Source: Oikopleura dioica
Lineage: Eukaryota; Animalia; Chordata
NCBI GenBank assembly: GCA_907165135.1
Contig: OU015567.1
Span: 1,674,001-1,738,000 of the forward strand
DNA length: 64,000 bases
Direction: 5' to 3'
Translations under genes and position numbers: made by a program
Notes under the pieces: generated by a model
Seen by the model: the letters and a program-made list of their open reading frames with translations, nothing else
Told to the model about the DNA's origin: nothing
Databases searched by the model: none
Shown: piece after piece, positions 24,135 through 36,672 of the stretch
Position numbering within the stretch: position 1 is the stretch's first letter
Layout: each line of letters starts with the position of its first letter

Positions 24135-27100
24135 CATGAGTTACATCTCACAAGTAAAATATTTTCAGGCGGGGGATTGTTCCTCATTGGTCTTCAAGTA
24201 TACAGGTCGCGTGACAGTATCGGCTTAGAATGCGAAATCACGCAGTTGAACCCAAACATCACGGACAGAATCCATGCGGACCGCATTTACTGCGAGGAAA
24301 CTATGATGGTAAGTTTCCTGCGTAGAAACCTGCGTAGAAACCTGAGTCAGGCTCCTAAATAAACTAAAATGAGAAGACTTTCTTTTAACAGTTTTTTCGA
24401 TAGGCCAATCTACGAGAATTCGTCGACAACATGCGTGAAAACAACCACTCCTGGTGCGACTTCCACCACCACAACGTTGGCCACCACAAGACCAGTGACA
24501 AGTCCGAGACTCATGCTTGCTTTCCATCCGTCCCGGCAGGGATGGAAATCGAAGTGACGTGCCCAATGAACTCGACGGCGTTTTATTGGGATAGGCCGCA
24601 GAAGACGGTGAAGCGAGAATGCAATAATAATGGAACATGGAATGTAGGTCCAGATCCGTTTATTTTGATTGAAATTAATCTTGGAAACTGTTTCATTAAT
24701 AATTCAAGAGACCTAGGACCAAAAAGCGCCGCGTCCCTTATTTTTTAGAAATTACGAGCACATTGATTTTTTGGTCGATACATTATCAAAGACCGAGTTA
24801 ATGGATCGATCCACTTGAGACTTACCCCTGCCACTTTCTGTCGAAAATAATTTCATCAGCCAGGGCTTAATGGTCATCCTTGATGACATTTACTCGGCAA
24901 AACTACTTGTTACGCAACATCATTTTCTTTCCCTGAAAGAAAGAAAAAAAAAACGCACTCCATCAGAATTATTAAATTTGTCTGTTCAGGCTCCCGAAGG
25001 GCACTGCGGCTGCCACTACGATGTGCTCAAGTGGGACCGAATCGCGTACTACTTCTCCGGATTTCAAAAGTTCAAAGTTATGCTCGTTCTCTTTTCTGCC
25101 ACTTCCTTGATTTTTGGCGCCTTTATTCTCAGGAATGGAATTTTTAAAGCAATATATTTTAGAAAAAGAGACATATTAATGGAATAATTAGACTTTTAAA
25201 GGTCTTTTTTATTTCGATTGAAACATTTTCTTCTTTAAAGATTCCAAAAAAGGAAACGTTCAGCAATTTTGAAAAAGGCCAGCAAAGAGCAACGCAGTCT
25301 GGCGTGGCATTAAGCCGGCTCGGGTATAAATTGCAATAAAAATAGCTTAGTTGAACATGGCTGAAGGCTTAATTCTCTACACTGCACGAGAAATTCAATT
25401 CATCTCAATCTGGTAAGCTCAACTATAAGCTGCTTGAATATCAGGCGGTGCTCTTGGTGGCGAAAGCTCCCTTATGTCACTGCAAAGCGTCTTTTCTCGC
25501 TAACCCGATAATTTGACACGTTCATCATCTTTTTCGGAAAAAATGCAGACGGGATTTCTGCCTCGCTCACCGATCAGCCTAGCTCATTATTCTTATTCGA
25601 AAATGACTTCGCGACTAAAATCTGTTCTCGGCAGCCATTTTTTCCACATTTTAAAGCTCTTCTTTTCTAGTTTTCGGCTTGTCTGCTGTACAACATCGTC
25701 GATTTGGTCGTATTCTTCTTTGCGATCGCCATAAGTACGAGTCCACCAGGTTCGTGAAAACGCAGGTTTGACACGATTTTTAAGGAAAAAGTGGCGACAA
25801 TTATATATTGCAAGAAAGCGAGATTTCTTCAATGGAAGATCTTTCTCTTGAAGATTACTCTCACTCAGAGTCTCAGTCAAAGAGTGGTATTGCAATGATA
25901 CATAAATTAACTACTGACTTCTTAAATAACCCACTCCTTCCTCTTGTTCATTTTAACATAAAAATCGAATAACAACTAAAAATCTATTTTTGACCACATT
26001 CTTCTTTGATTTCAATATTGTCTCGGTGAAAAATGGCCTTTGATGATTATTTCCGAAATAATCAAACAGGCATTTTTACAGCCAACTAACATGCTTGAGC
26101 AATTAATTAAGCTTCATCAATAAACGATAAATTTCAGAAGAAGAAACAAATGAACAAAGTGAATTTGTTGGGAAGAGACTGCAAAAGCTCCTCTGCCGGG
26201 GAAAAGACACGATGACAATCTACTCCCTTCTCGCTATTTATACCTGGGTTCTCGTAAAGCAATACTCTACTTTTCTGGATTATTGTCAATTTCTTTAGAT
26301 CGAAGGTGCATATTTACACTCGCTGGTTCTCACTGCCTTTCATAATGGAACTGGAGTTACGAAAATGAAGTATTTTGCTCCTTTCGGCTGGTGCTTTCCT
26401 TTATTTATTACAATCATATGGTCACGTGGCTCAAAAATGCTAGGCCTAATTTAAACTGTATTATCCAGCAAATATTTTTGAGCCTTCTAAGATTGTCGCA
26501 AATGTTCTCTACCGCCACGAGGAGTCTGTCTGTTGGGATTCCAACATGGGTAAGTCTCTATTTCTTTATTGACATGATGTGGAATATGAACATACTGACA
26601 CCCTTGATATTAGTTGAGCCAGAAAACAGGTGGATAGGATGGATCTACGATGTGCCCAAGAAAATCCTCCTGCTCGCTGCTACGGTCTTCTTCTTCTCAG
26701 TCCTGAGAATCCTTTGGTCCAAGCTTTCTACGACGCAAAAACTCACGACACTTACTCAAAGTGCCCAGGAAAATCGTGGCGCAGATGGTACCAAGGGCGA
26801 GTTTTTCGGATGTGAATTCTGTTTTTAGTGACTGGGAACTTGCCGAAATTGACCCAGATCGTTCGTGCCAGCATCATTCTTGTCATTGTTTATGGAATCT
26901 GGGACTTCAAGGAGCTCTTTCTTCATCAAGACGAATTCTCGCCCGAGACGCTGGGCTGGTGGATCGTCATGCTCATTGACATTTTGATAGACTCTATTCG
27001 CGGCTTCTTTATTGCATCTGTATATTGTTTCAGGTAAATTCGTCAATAATTTACTCGACAAACAGCAAAAATAATCATATTTTGATTTCACTCCAAGCTC

Positions 27101-27567
27101 AAAATCGAGTGAATTTAATAACCCCCTTTTAAACCCAATTTTAGCAACACAGAAGTTCGTCAAGAATTGACGCGCTGGTACCGAAGACGCTGCGTTAGCA
27201 ATGAACTCAGAAGAGCACGCCAGTCGGGCCAGTACGCCGGCATGCGATTGTCCAGAAGACCCAGGTTTCAATTTGAATAAGCATCATCAGCGTCATCTTT
27301 TTTGAACATTTAGTCAACTCAGCCGCGATCCGTCGACTTTTGAGACCCGCCTCCCGCAAAACAGTGTCATTTCAAATACAGTGGTAGGTTCATTGAAGAT
27401 GAGGAAATGCTTTTGAACGCAAAAAGAAAAATAACAGCCTTTACCTTTGATTTCAGGACAGCTCAGATCCAGAAGGAGCTGACGGGAGCCGCCACCCGAA
27501 ACTAATGACTGGTAGATCGACTGAATCACGTGACAATTCAACCTTTTCCGCTGTAAGCAGCAACTGA
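24135..27567 (+). CDS. Class B1 (secretin-family) GPCR
   Basis: Hormone-binding domain (CFPSVPAG...TCP...VKRECNNNGTW), LHCTRNSIHLNL, W.IEGAYLH, IYDVP...LRILWSKL, VRASIILV and SIRGFFIASVYCFSNTEVRQEL. The start is approximate. Confidence 0.9.
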
Positions 27568-27811
27568 AAATATTCTAACTACACATTTCTGTACCAAAAA
27601 TCACCAAAACACACACATAATAAAGCTCAAGGCTTCAAGTTATTTTTCATTCAGAACCGTCTTCCTTAAAATAGTCTTCCAGCGAATCGAGTCCTCCGGA
27701 GGACCGCGTTTCGCCCGGGAGCGCGTGCTAAAGAAGTTTATTTTCTAGAATCGGGTTGTTTGTCGGTCGGAAATAGAGAAACTTCCAGTTCGCACTTTTC
27801 GAAAGTAGAAG

Positions 27812-30800
27812 ATGCAGGAAAGTCCGGCTGGGGTGGAAAAGTCCCCATCGGTAGATTTAGGTAAGATTTTATTATTTTTTGAAGAAAAAATTCAATAGAG
27901 ATGTCTTTTTTTCAGATGGACAGCGTTTGACTGCAAAAAGCACGGTTGAATCCGTCCCCATCAATGTCGCCCCCTCCCCATCATCTGGTCCCCCTGCCCC
28001 TCCAAAATCCCCCCTGATCGACAGTCCAAGAAAAAGCTCAAGAGTTCCCGTGAGTAAAGTCCAGCTGACCATGGAAATGTGCAAAGGGAGGCTCTCAGAT
28101 CTGGGCGATGGGCTGCATTTTCGAACAATGTGCTTGTCAAATCTCGGCTTGGATTTCTTGGGCGCGAATATTTTGAAATTCAAGTTGATAAATAACCTGA
28201 ACATAGGAATGGTGTCATTTTTCTCTTTCTTGATTTCTAATTTCAATAAGTCAAAGTTTCGATCACCATCAAAAGCTCACAATAACATCACAAGCCTCGG
28301 CAAACACATCGGTCAACTCGAAAACCTGCTGAAAGTAGATGTCTCTCACAATCGTCTTACGAAAGCGTTTGATTTCACCAGCGCTGGAATGCTACAGTAC
28401 GCAGATTTTTCGCACAACAGAATCGAGGATGTCGACAACGCTTCCAATCATAAATATCTTCGAGAACTCAACCTTTCCCATAATAATATTGACGACATCA
28501 GAGCGCTAAGGTAATCAGAGCGAATGTAAAGATAGAGCCCTGTGTTTGGCCCTGACTCAGGTTTTGATATAGGTTTCAGAACGCAGACATTAAAAGCCGC
28601 ACGCGGCTCTCATCTAGCCTGGTCACTAATGTCATTTTCTAGCCGATTGAAGCAGCTAAAATCGCTGAATTTATCCTACAACGAGCTGCGCCAAGCTGAA
28701 GGACTCGAGGATCTACCCTTGTTAAAATTGGACCTGTCATCAAACAAGCTCCAGAATGTGTTTGATGTGGTCAAGCTGAAATTCCTGCTCGTCCTGGACA
28801 TTTCCAACAATCAAATAAGCGATATCAAGCCACTCGTTGAAGCCAATTTGGTAAGTTTTATTAAAAACCGTTCAAAAGTCACTTTTATACAACTGAATGT
28901 TCATATGAACAAATTGTACAATTTCTAACAATATTCGCATTACAGTAATTGTACAGTGGCGTCCCCAAAATGGTCTAGGGCAGTAAAATGGGCTTTTACG
29001 GTAGGGTTTTAAGCTGAACATCGCAAATCTTGTCACTTTCCCAAAGGCATTCTCGGACCAGCTGTCTTGCGTGCTGGATTCCACGAGTCAATCTGTCTTT
29101 CGCGCTAGAAATTTCAGTCGAAACAAGTCTTTTTTAAAAATTCCAACCTTTTGCTGCCTCCGTAGGTCGGATTGACATCCTTTCCAAGCTCCCCAATAAC
29201 TGCAAAAAGGTCTTCGAACTTTTCATCTATTTTCGGATTCTTTTCTACCGCCGGCTTTCTATACGGTGTTTTCCGCTAAAACGCAAAGTCAGTAACAGAA
29301 AGTGTGAATGCCCTTTTTACCTTTTGCAGCAGCATCTGCTGTTGCGCTTTCAATTCTTCCTGTTGCTTTCTTTGAACTTGTTTCATCAGCGCTTCGGCTT
29401 GTTGCTGAGCTTGCGCAGCAGCAACTTGTTTTCCAAGGAGTTCAAGTTTTCTTTGAATCTCTTCATTCTGAATTTACAAATCAAAGAAAGAAGAGGGGAC
29501 TTTTCATTACCGTTTTTCGTTGGGCTTCTTCTAGCAATCTCTGCTGCGCCACTAGAATTTCTGGCGGCGGCTGGCTCATTCTAAATAACTACTATAGTTA
29601 ACTACTACATATGTTAATTTCTTCCTAGCCACTTCAAGATCTGAGACTTGGGTACAATAAACTCGCGAATATGCAAGAGATTCTCCCACTTCAAGAAATC
29701 AAATTCCTTCACAAACTTCAACTCATTGGAAATCCACTGGACAAGACTGAAGACTATCGCCAATTGGTGCTGTATCTCTTCCCGAAATTGACGTTTTTCG
29801 ATGGGACGCCAGTTGAGCCGATTGATACAGTTAGGGCGAGGAATCTGTTTAGGCCGAGTGCCGAATTGTGCTCGTCGCTGGATCACATGACGCACACGGT
29901 TTATGGCATTTTGGAAGGACAGAGATTACGGTAGGAAAATAACACCACGAAATTTACTCACCAACTTTAGTTAGAGCTTAAGCTAAAAATTCAGAGAATA
30001 TGTGATGCCAAATCCAGACTATCCTTACCCCTTCCTGATAATCACGGGCCCTCCGAAACTCAACAAGTCGAGTCTCGTCAAGCAATTAGTCGAAGAATTC
30101 GGAGACGCGTTCGGCCACGCATCTAGTCACACAACAGCTGAAGAAGCCACCGCAGAGATGTACCATCACGTGGACGACGTCGAATTCCAAGAAATGATCC
30201 GAGGAGGAGCTTTTATTCAAATGGCCAGAACGCCAGATGGCATTATGTATGGTCTCACAAAGGTAAAGAATTGCATCGAATGCTGATGTCGGCTAATTTC
30301 TTCTTTAGGATTATCTGGAAAAAGTCGCGCTTGAAGGAAAAGCGGCAATTTGCCACATGAATTTGGACGGCGTCCGAACGATGAAATTGACGACTCTTCG
30401 ACCTCGATACATCATGATCACGCCCAAGTCGCCCGAATCGTACAAGTCGCTTCTGGAAGAAAAGAAATGCACCGATTTAGAAATCCAAGAAGCGTTCCAC
30501 TCAGTCGAGCAATTCGCGATCATGAACAGAGAGCAGCCGGGCTATTTCGACATGGTCATCGCCGCGGACAACGAGGAAGAAGCGTATGAAGTTTTGAAGA
30601 AGCTGGTGATAGAATTTCTGGGAGAAAATGAAGTTCGATCGGCAAAGCAGCGCCAAGGATCGATGAGTTCGATGATTACGACTCCTGAGCAGCGTCAGAG
30701 AAGAGCGGAACAACTTATCGAATCTGTTAGAAATGTCGAGCCGCCTTTCAAGGTAGATTAACTTCCGAGATTTCACCGATTTTACACGTCAAATTCTCGC

Positions 30801-31024
30801 TAAAAAGCGTCTTTTAGGTTCAATCTGCGCCGAGCAAGCTGACAAACTCCTCCGTCCACAATCTCTTGAACTTGATCGATCACGAAATAGGCTCTGCAGA
30901 ATCTGAAGGTAATAAAATCATCCTCTTTGTTCAGCAGTTTCACAGTTTTTCAGAAGATTGGGAGACTAGCTCATCGATTCCGCCGAAAACGCCAACGAAA
31001 CTTCCACCAATCGCGCAGAAGTAG
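27812..31024 (+). CDS. LRGUK: Leucine-rich repeat and guanylate-kinase domain protein
   Basis: Multiple LxxLxLSxN repeats and an LRRcap (GNPL...YRQLVL...LTFFDG), then a GUK-like domain (FLIITGP...FGHASSHTT...YHHV...YGL...PRYIMITP). Confidence 0.85.
28996..29579 (-). CDS. CDK2AP: CDK2-associated protein (CDK2AP1/2, DOC-1 family), 4 exons, nested antisense in an LRGUK intron
   Basis: Exons 29511-29579, 29321-29467, 29148-29275 and 28996-29104 (all GT-AG) join in frame to ...[45 protein letters not shown]... Confidence 0.9.
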
Positions 31025-31837
31025 ATTTCTTCCAACTGTTCATTTTCAAATTTTATTTTTATACAATTTTTCAAACGAGAAAATATATTTTTATAACTTT
31101 TTCCGACAAAACGCGTTTTTCTTCTCTGCTCCAATGGCCGATTCTCGAAATTAATGACTCATGAAACTAAGTCGATCTTGGTTCTAGAAAACTAATTCAC
31201 AATAAGTAGAACGAGAAAGATTTTATTTGTTTACAAGCCTAAATTTAACGCCCTAAAAATTTTATCCTCAGGACCCCTCGGTCAGACCCCCTACCCCCCA
31301 AGTTTTTTTCCAAGCTAGAGTCACACTCAATTGAACCTTTCAAGGGTAATAAGAGGATAAGACTAGTAAGAGATAGGCTTTGCCAATTATGAATGTACAT
31401 GCATGCTTTTGAGTTGCTCTCTAGATTCTAGAACTCATCCAGAAATAAATTATTCTTCCTCGGAACAAAATGGGTTGAGCTGTTATAATTTATAAATCAG
31501 TCTCCATTCAGCAACCCCCCTCTATTCTGGCTCTCCGGGAGCCTTCGAGCTCATATTCTCTTTTTCATTAGACCACAGTATCAACATCTGAGATAAGAAC
31601 CATCTTTTTTCCTTCTATTCGACATTCCAAATGGCACTTTTGAAGCGCCGCGGGCGACGATCTCAACCGTAAACTCACGAACTCAGAGTCCAAGCTTTAT
31701 ATTTTTCGCTCTCCTATTCATAAAAAGAAAATACGCCTTTTCAAGCGTTTGCCAACAACAATGGCAAGTTCATAAATAAACGCCAGAAGAGTAAAGAGCA
31801 GAGAAAGCAGACTGATTTAAAAAATAACAAGAAAAAA

Positions 31838-34353
31838 ATGGGGGAAGATAGCAAGTGGAGATATTTCAGACTATGTTGCGTGCCAAGGTCGTGGTTTCTT
31901 GTTCTTATTATGTGCATTGCTGCGTTCATACAGGTAATTTTGACTGTATTTGATTTAAAAAGGCATAATAATTAGCATTTATCATACAGAAAGCCCCAAA
32001 AAACCAAAAATGCATGAAAACGGCAAATGAAACTTCGATTCTATCACTAGAAAATTGGAAAATTATTCTAGCATTCAAGTCCATAGAGTGAATTTTCAGG
32101 CTCTTTGACAACTTTAGTCGACTAGACAAGAAACAGCTTCATCAATGGTAATTCATCATGGTAATTCAGGGATTCGTCGTAAATGGCCTCGTAAATGTGA
32201 CGGTCAGTCCGATTCAGCGTCGATTCCAGCTGAGCTCTGCTGATATGGGCTTAGTCGCCTCTATTTATGACATCGCTAACATCATTGTTATCTTACCAGG
32301 AAAGGCTTTACTTTCACTATTCATTCTTCTACAATTCTACAGAAAGAAAAGCCTCTTTCAAAGTCACTTTCTTGTTCGCCCGCGCGTCGAAGAGTCTTGT
32401 CACCGGGCTTACCTTCATGATTCTTGGCCTTGGCGGCATCATCTTCAGTCTTCCACACTTCCTTGATGACGATTACACCTCAACTCTCGATTTTGACGCT
32501 GCAAGTGAAAATGGAACGTGTCTAACAAGCACGCAGCAATGCGAAATCGTTGCTGGAGTCAGTCAAAACCGATTCTACTATGGCTTCTTTCTAGCTGGAC
32601 AAGCGTTGAATGGGATCGGAGCAGCAGCGTTGTGGACTTTGGGAACTGTATATATTGATGAAAATCTTTCCCAAGAAGGTAACATACATAGTAGCATATG
32701 GACACTTGTTTCTCACTCAAGGCATTAGGGGCTCCAATCGCTATCGGAATTTACGAAGGAACGGGTGTTCTTGGCCCCGCAGCAGGCTTCCTCGTTGGTG
32801 GATCTCTCCTGTCCAGTTGGGTCGATGGAAAAGCGATGCAACCGGCTGATATGAATCCCGACAGCGCTCTTTGGGTTGGAAACTGGTGGTTAGGTTATGT
32901 AATTGGAGGAATTGCAGGGCTTCTGTCTGGCTTTCTGATGGCCGGATTGCCGGGAAAGCTCAAGGATGCAGATGCGAAACAGGAGCAAAGAATTCACGAA
33001 ATTCAAAAAGGACAAAGTAGCAAAACTCACGAAGATTCTGGCTCCGCTCGAGATTGGTGGCGATCTGGATTGACTCTTCTTCAAAACGCGCCATTCATGT
33101 TCCTTATTTTTACTGGCGGCTTTGAGGCTGGATTTGTCTCGATCACCGCCACTTATGGATCGAAATACATCGAAGAAGTTTACGGCATTGATGCGGGAAC
33201 AGCTGCTATTTCAATTGGCGCCATTGCCGTTGCTGCTGGAGCTGTCGGACAAACTGTTGGGGGCATTTGGGTCGGAAAAGCGAAACCAACAGTCAAGAAA
33301 CAGTTACTTTTCGGCCTCACGAGTTTGCTGATTTCCCTCTGTTTCTCATTCGTCGGATTCTACCATTGCGACGAAACGATTTTTGCAGGAGCAAATCTCA
33401 AGTACGACACCGTTCTTTCCTCTCCTTCCAATTCCGACCTGAACTTCACCGATTCCGACCTCAATCTTGACGATTTCTCCGCGGCGAACTTTGACCACTC
33501 ATGCTTCGAGAACTCCACTTGCCCTTGTTCACTCGAAATCTTTGATCCAATTTGCGTCAATGGAGTTAGTTACTTTTCTTCCTGCTTTGCCGGCTGCGAT
33601 AGTTCAAATGCAACGGAAATCACAAAATGCGACTGTCTTCCAGAGCCAGAAAACGTCGAAGTGACAATTGGAGCTTGCCCGAATCAAAAAAAGTGTCATT
33701 TCGCCGTCATGTTGACTTATGAATTCTTGGTTCTTTTCTTTACCTTTTTGAATGGAGTTCCGGCGACGAACTCGATCCTGCGAATGGTTCCACAGTCGCT
33801 GAAATCGCAGGCGATGGGGTTGAATATTGCTATGTTACGACTCATTGGCTCGATTCCTGGACCCATTATCTTCGGAAAACTCATTGATAGTGTTTGCATT
33901 CTTTGGCAACAAAGGTAAAGTGGTTTCAGATCGCTCAGAATCTTGCGACTTCTATCTTAATCTGAGCAAAAGGCGCCCGAAACGCGGCTATAGTTTCACA
34001 TGTCGAAGCGACTTCTTGGTTGCGTTTCAGTTATTCTTCTTTATGAGTTTATTTAGTTGTGGCAAAGATGGAAGCTGTCGATTGTACAACAAAAACTCCT
34101 TCATGATAACATGGGTAGTTGTGCACATTGTCTACAAAATCCTCGGTGGAATCGGCTGGGCTGGCGCCTATTTCTCGTTCAAATCAGAAGACGAAGTTGA
34201 GCAGCCGACAAACGATTCTGCGAAGAGAATCAGATCGTCTCAATTAAACAACTCTGTCGGGGTAAGCTTCTTTTCAAATTTTCAATTAGGGGTTTCATAT
34301 GTTTTCAGGTTGATAACCCTGGCTTTAACGATAAGTATTCCGCAAGATCATAA
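31838..34353 (+). CDS. SLCO: Organic anion transporting polypeptide (SLCO/OATP, SLCO4-like)
   Basis: QGFVVNGLVN...IQRRF, SLPHF, LGTVYIDEN, LGPAAGFLVG, WVGNWWLG, Kazal-like CPC...DPICVNGVSYFSSCFAGC and RLIGSIPGPIIFGKLIDSVCILW. Confidence 0.95.
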
Positions 34354-34848
34354 AACGACCATTCTACCATTCAAATCCTGACTTCAAATCTAAAAACTAC
34401 TTCTGTTTTAAAACTACTGATGCGATTCAACCTCTCATGCAAATAATTCTATACCTCCTTCCTTACTACCGCTTTCCATATTTTATTTTTTTCTTCTCAT
34501 TTGTAAAGATTCTTTCAATTCAAAATAAAACCCTTGATAAATCATTACTGAAGCCAAGTTTTATTGTTCTTACGCAGGAAATTAATTGACGATTGCCAAT
34601 TACGTTAGACCTCTTTTTCGTATTTTACGATGACGCATGGATTTGGCGTAATTTGCGCAAGTGGCCGCCTCTCGTTCTTATTTAAATAAATCTCGCCCCT
34701 TTTCTTCTTTGTTATTCAAAAATCTTTCAATTGAGCACAAGAGCTAAAGTTAGTCTTACCAAGGTAAAAAAGAATATTCTAGCGCCTCTATCAAGAGACC
34801 TAGGCAGAAAGAAAGATATTTCAATCTAAAGAGAATCGAATTTATAGA

Positions 34849-36527
34849 ATGATTTCAAAACTTATTCGTCGACCCCTCTCCACCACGGCCGTTGCTGCCA
34901 GCCGCATCAAGGTGTCAAAGCCTGTTGTAGAAATGGACGGTGATGAAATGACTAGAATTATCTGGGAATGGATCCGAGAAAGAATGATTCTTCCTTATGT
35001 TGACCTCGAGCTGAAATACTTCGATCTGGGAATGGAACATCGTGACTTTACCGATGATCAGGTACATTTTTTCGTCTTGCGACTTCAAGGCAAGAAAAAG
35101 AGAACGCGCCTTGAGCCTTCATATGCTACAAGATCCTTGTAGCCCCTGTAAGAAGAATAACCTTTGTCTCCAGGTCACCATCGATTCCGCCTATGCAACG
35201 CTAGAACACAACGTCGCAGTAAAATGCGCGACGATCACTCCCGACGAGCAGCGAGTCGAAGAATTCGGCTTGAAGCAAATGTGGCGTTCTCCAAATGGAA
35301 CAATCAGAAACATCCTCAACGGCGTTGTCTTCCGAGAGCCCATTCTTTGCAAAAACATTCCTCTCCTCGTTCCTGGGTGGAAGAAGCCCATTTGCATCGG
35401 AAGACACGCTTTTGGTGATCAATACAAAGCTACGGATTATGTCACGCCAAGTGGTGGAAAGTTTGAGATTGTTTTCACGCCAAACGATGGCGGAAAGAAG
35501 GAAGTTATGGAGGTCTTTGACTTTGGAGGTAGATCTTTAATAAAGATGATAATCACATCGGAAAGGTCAAGTTATTGATCAATCTTCAACCCTTCTTTTC
35601 AGAGGAGACTGGCGTTCTTATGGGAATGTACAACACTGATGCTTCCATCAAAGCTTTCGCTCATTCTTCTTTCCAAATGGCTCTTGAAAAAGAATGGCCC
35701 CTCTACTTGTCGACCAAAAACACGATTTTGAAGAAATATGACGGCCGATTCAAAGATATTTTCGAAGAAATCTATCAATCGGTACGACTTATTCTTCTTT
35801 CGAAACGTATAAAAGGATTTAGGACTACAGAAAAGACTTTGAAGCAAAGAAAATCTGGTATGAGCACCGACTTATTGATGATATGGTCGCACAGTGCATG
35901 AAATCAGAAGGTGGATTTGTTTGGGCTTGCAAAAACTACGATGGAGACGTTCAATCTGATACTCTCGCACAAGGTGACTCTTATACTTTCGTATACAGTC
36001 GTGGCTACGAGCTTTATGACCAAAAAAGCCGCGCGATTCGCGGCTTCTAGTTTTTTCCTCTGACTCGTTAAATCATTGATAAATTTGTTCAGGATTCGGT
36101 TCTCTTGGATTGATGACATCGGTCCTCAGAGCTCCAGACGGCAAAACTATCGAGTCCGAAGCAGCCCACGGCACAGTAACCCGTCACTACAGAGAGCACC
36201 AAAAGGGCAACCCCACTTCTACCAACCCAATTGCCTCAATTTTCGCCTGGACCCGCGGCTTGGCTCACCGAGGTCGACTGGACAACAACCAGGACTTGAT
36301 TAAATTCGCCCAAACTGTCGAGAGAGTTTGTGTTGAAGTTGTGGAGAACGGAGTTATGACGAAGGATTTGGCGGGCTGTGTACATGGCGGTTTTAGCGGA
36401 CTCCAGCTTGGAAAAGACTATGGTAAGTTGGTTTCTAAAAGATAGTATTAAAGCTTGTTTTTCAGTTGTTACAGCTGATTTCATGCAAGCAATCGATGAT
36501 GGTATCAAGAAAGCAATGAAAGCTTAA
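34849..36527 (+). CDS. IDH2: NADP-dependent isocitrate dehydrogenase, mitochondrial type
   Basis: Arg/Ser-rich presequence, [58 protein letters not shown] and [17 protein letters not shown]. Confidence 0.95.
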
Positions 36528-36672
36528 ACTAGTTCCGTGCCATTCAACAATGAATTCTTTCCTGAATCCTTTTATTTCTGACATATTCTTCAATGAAAAT
36601 TGCCACTGAAAATATACGTGCTTTGATTCAACATCCATTTTCTCGTTCTTCATGCAGCAGTTTTTCTTCAGC

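Noticed and set aside
28996-29579. Apparent +1 frameshifts in A-runs of the CDK2AP exons
   Set aside because: Recounting the bases showed all four exons join in frame.
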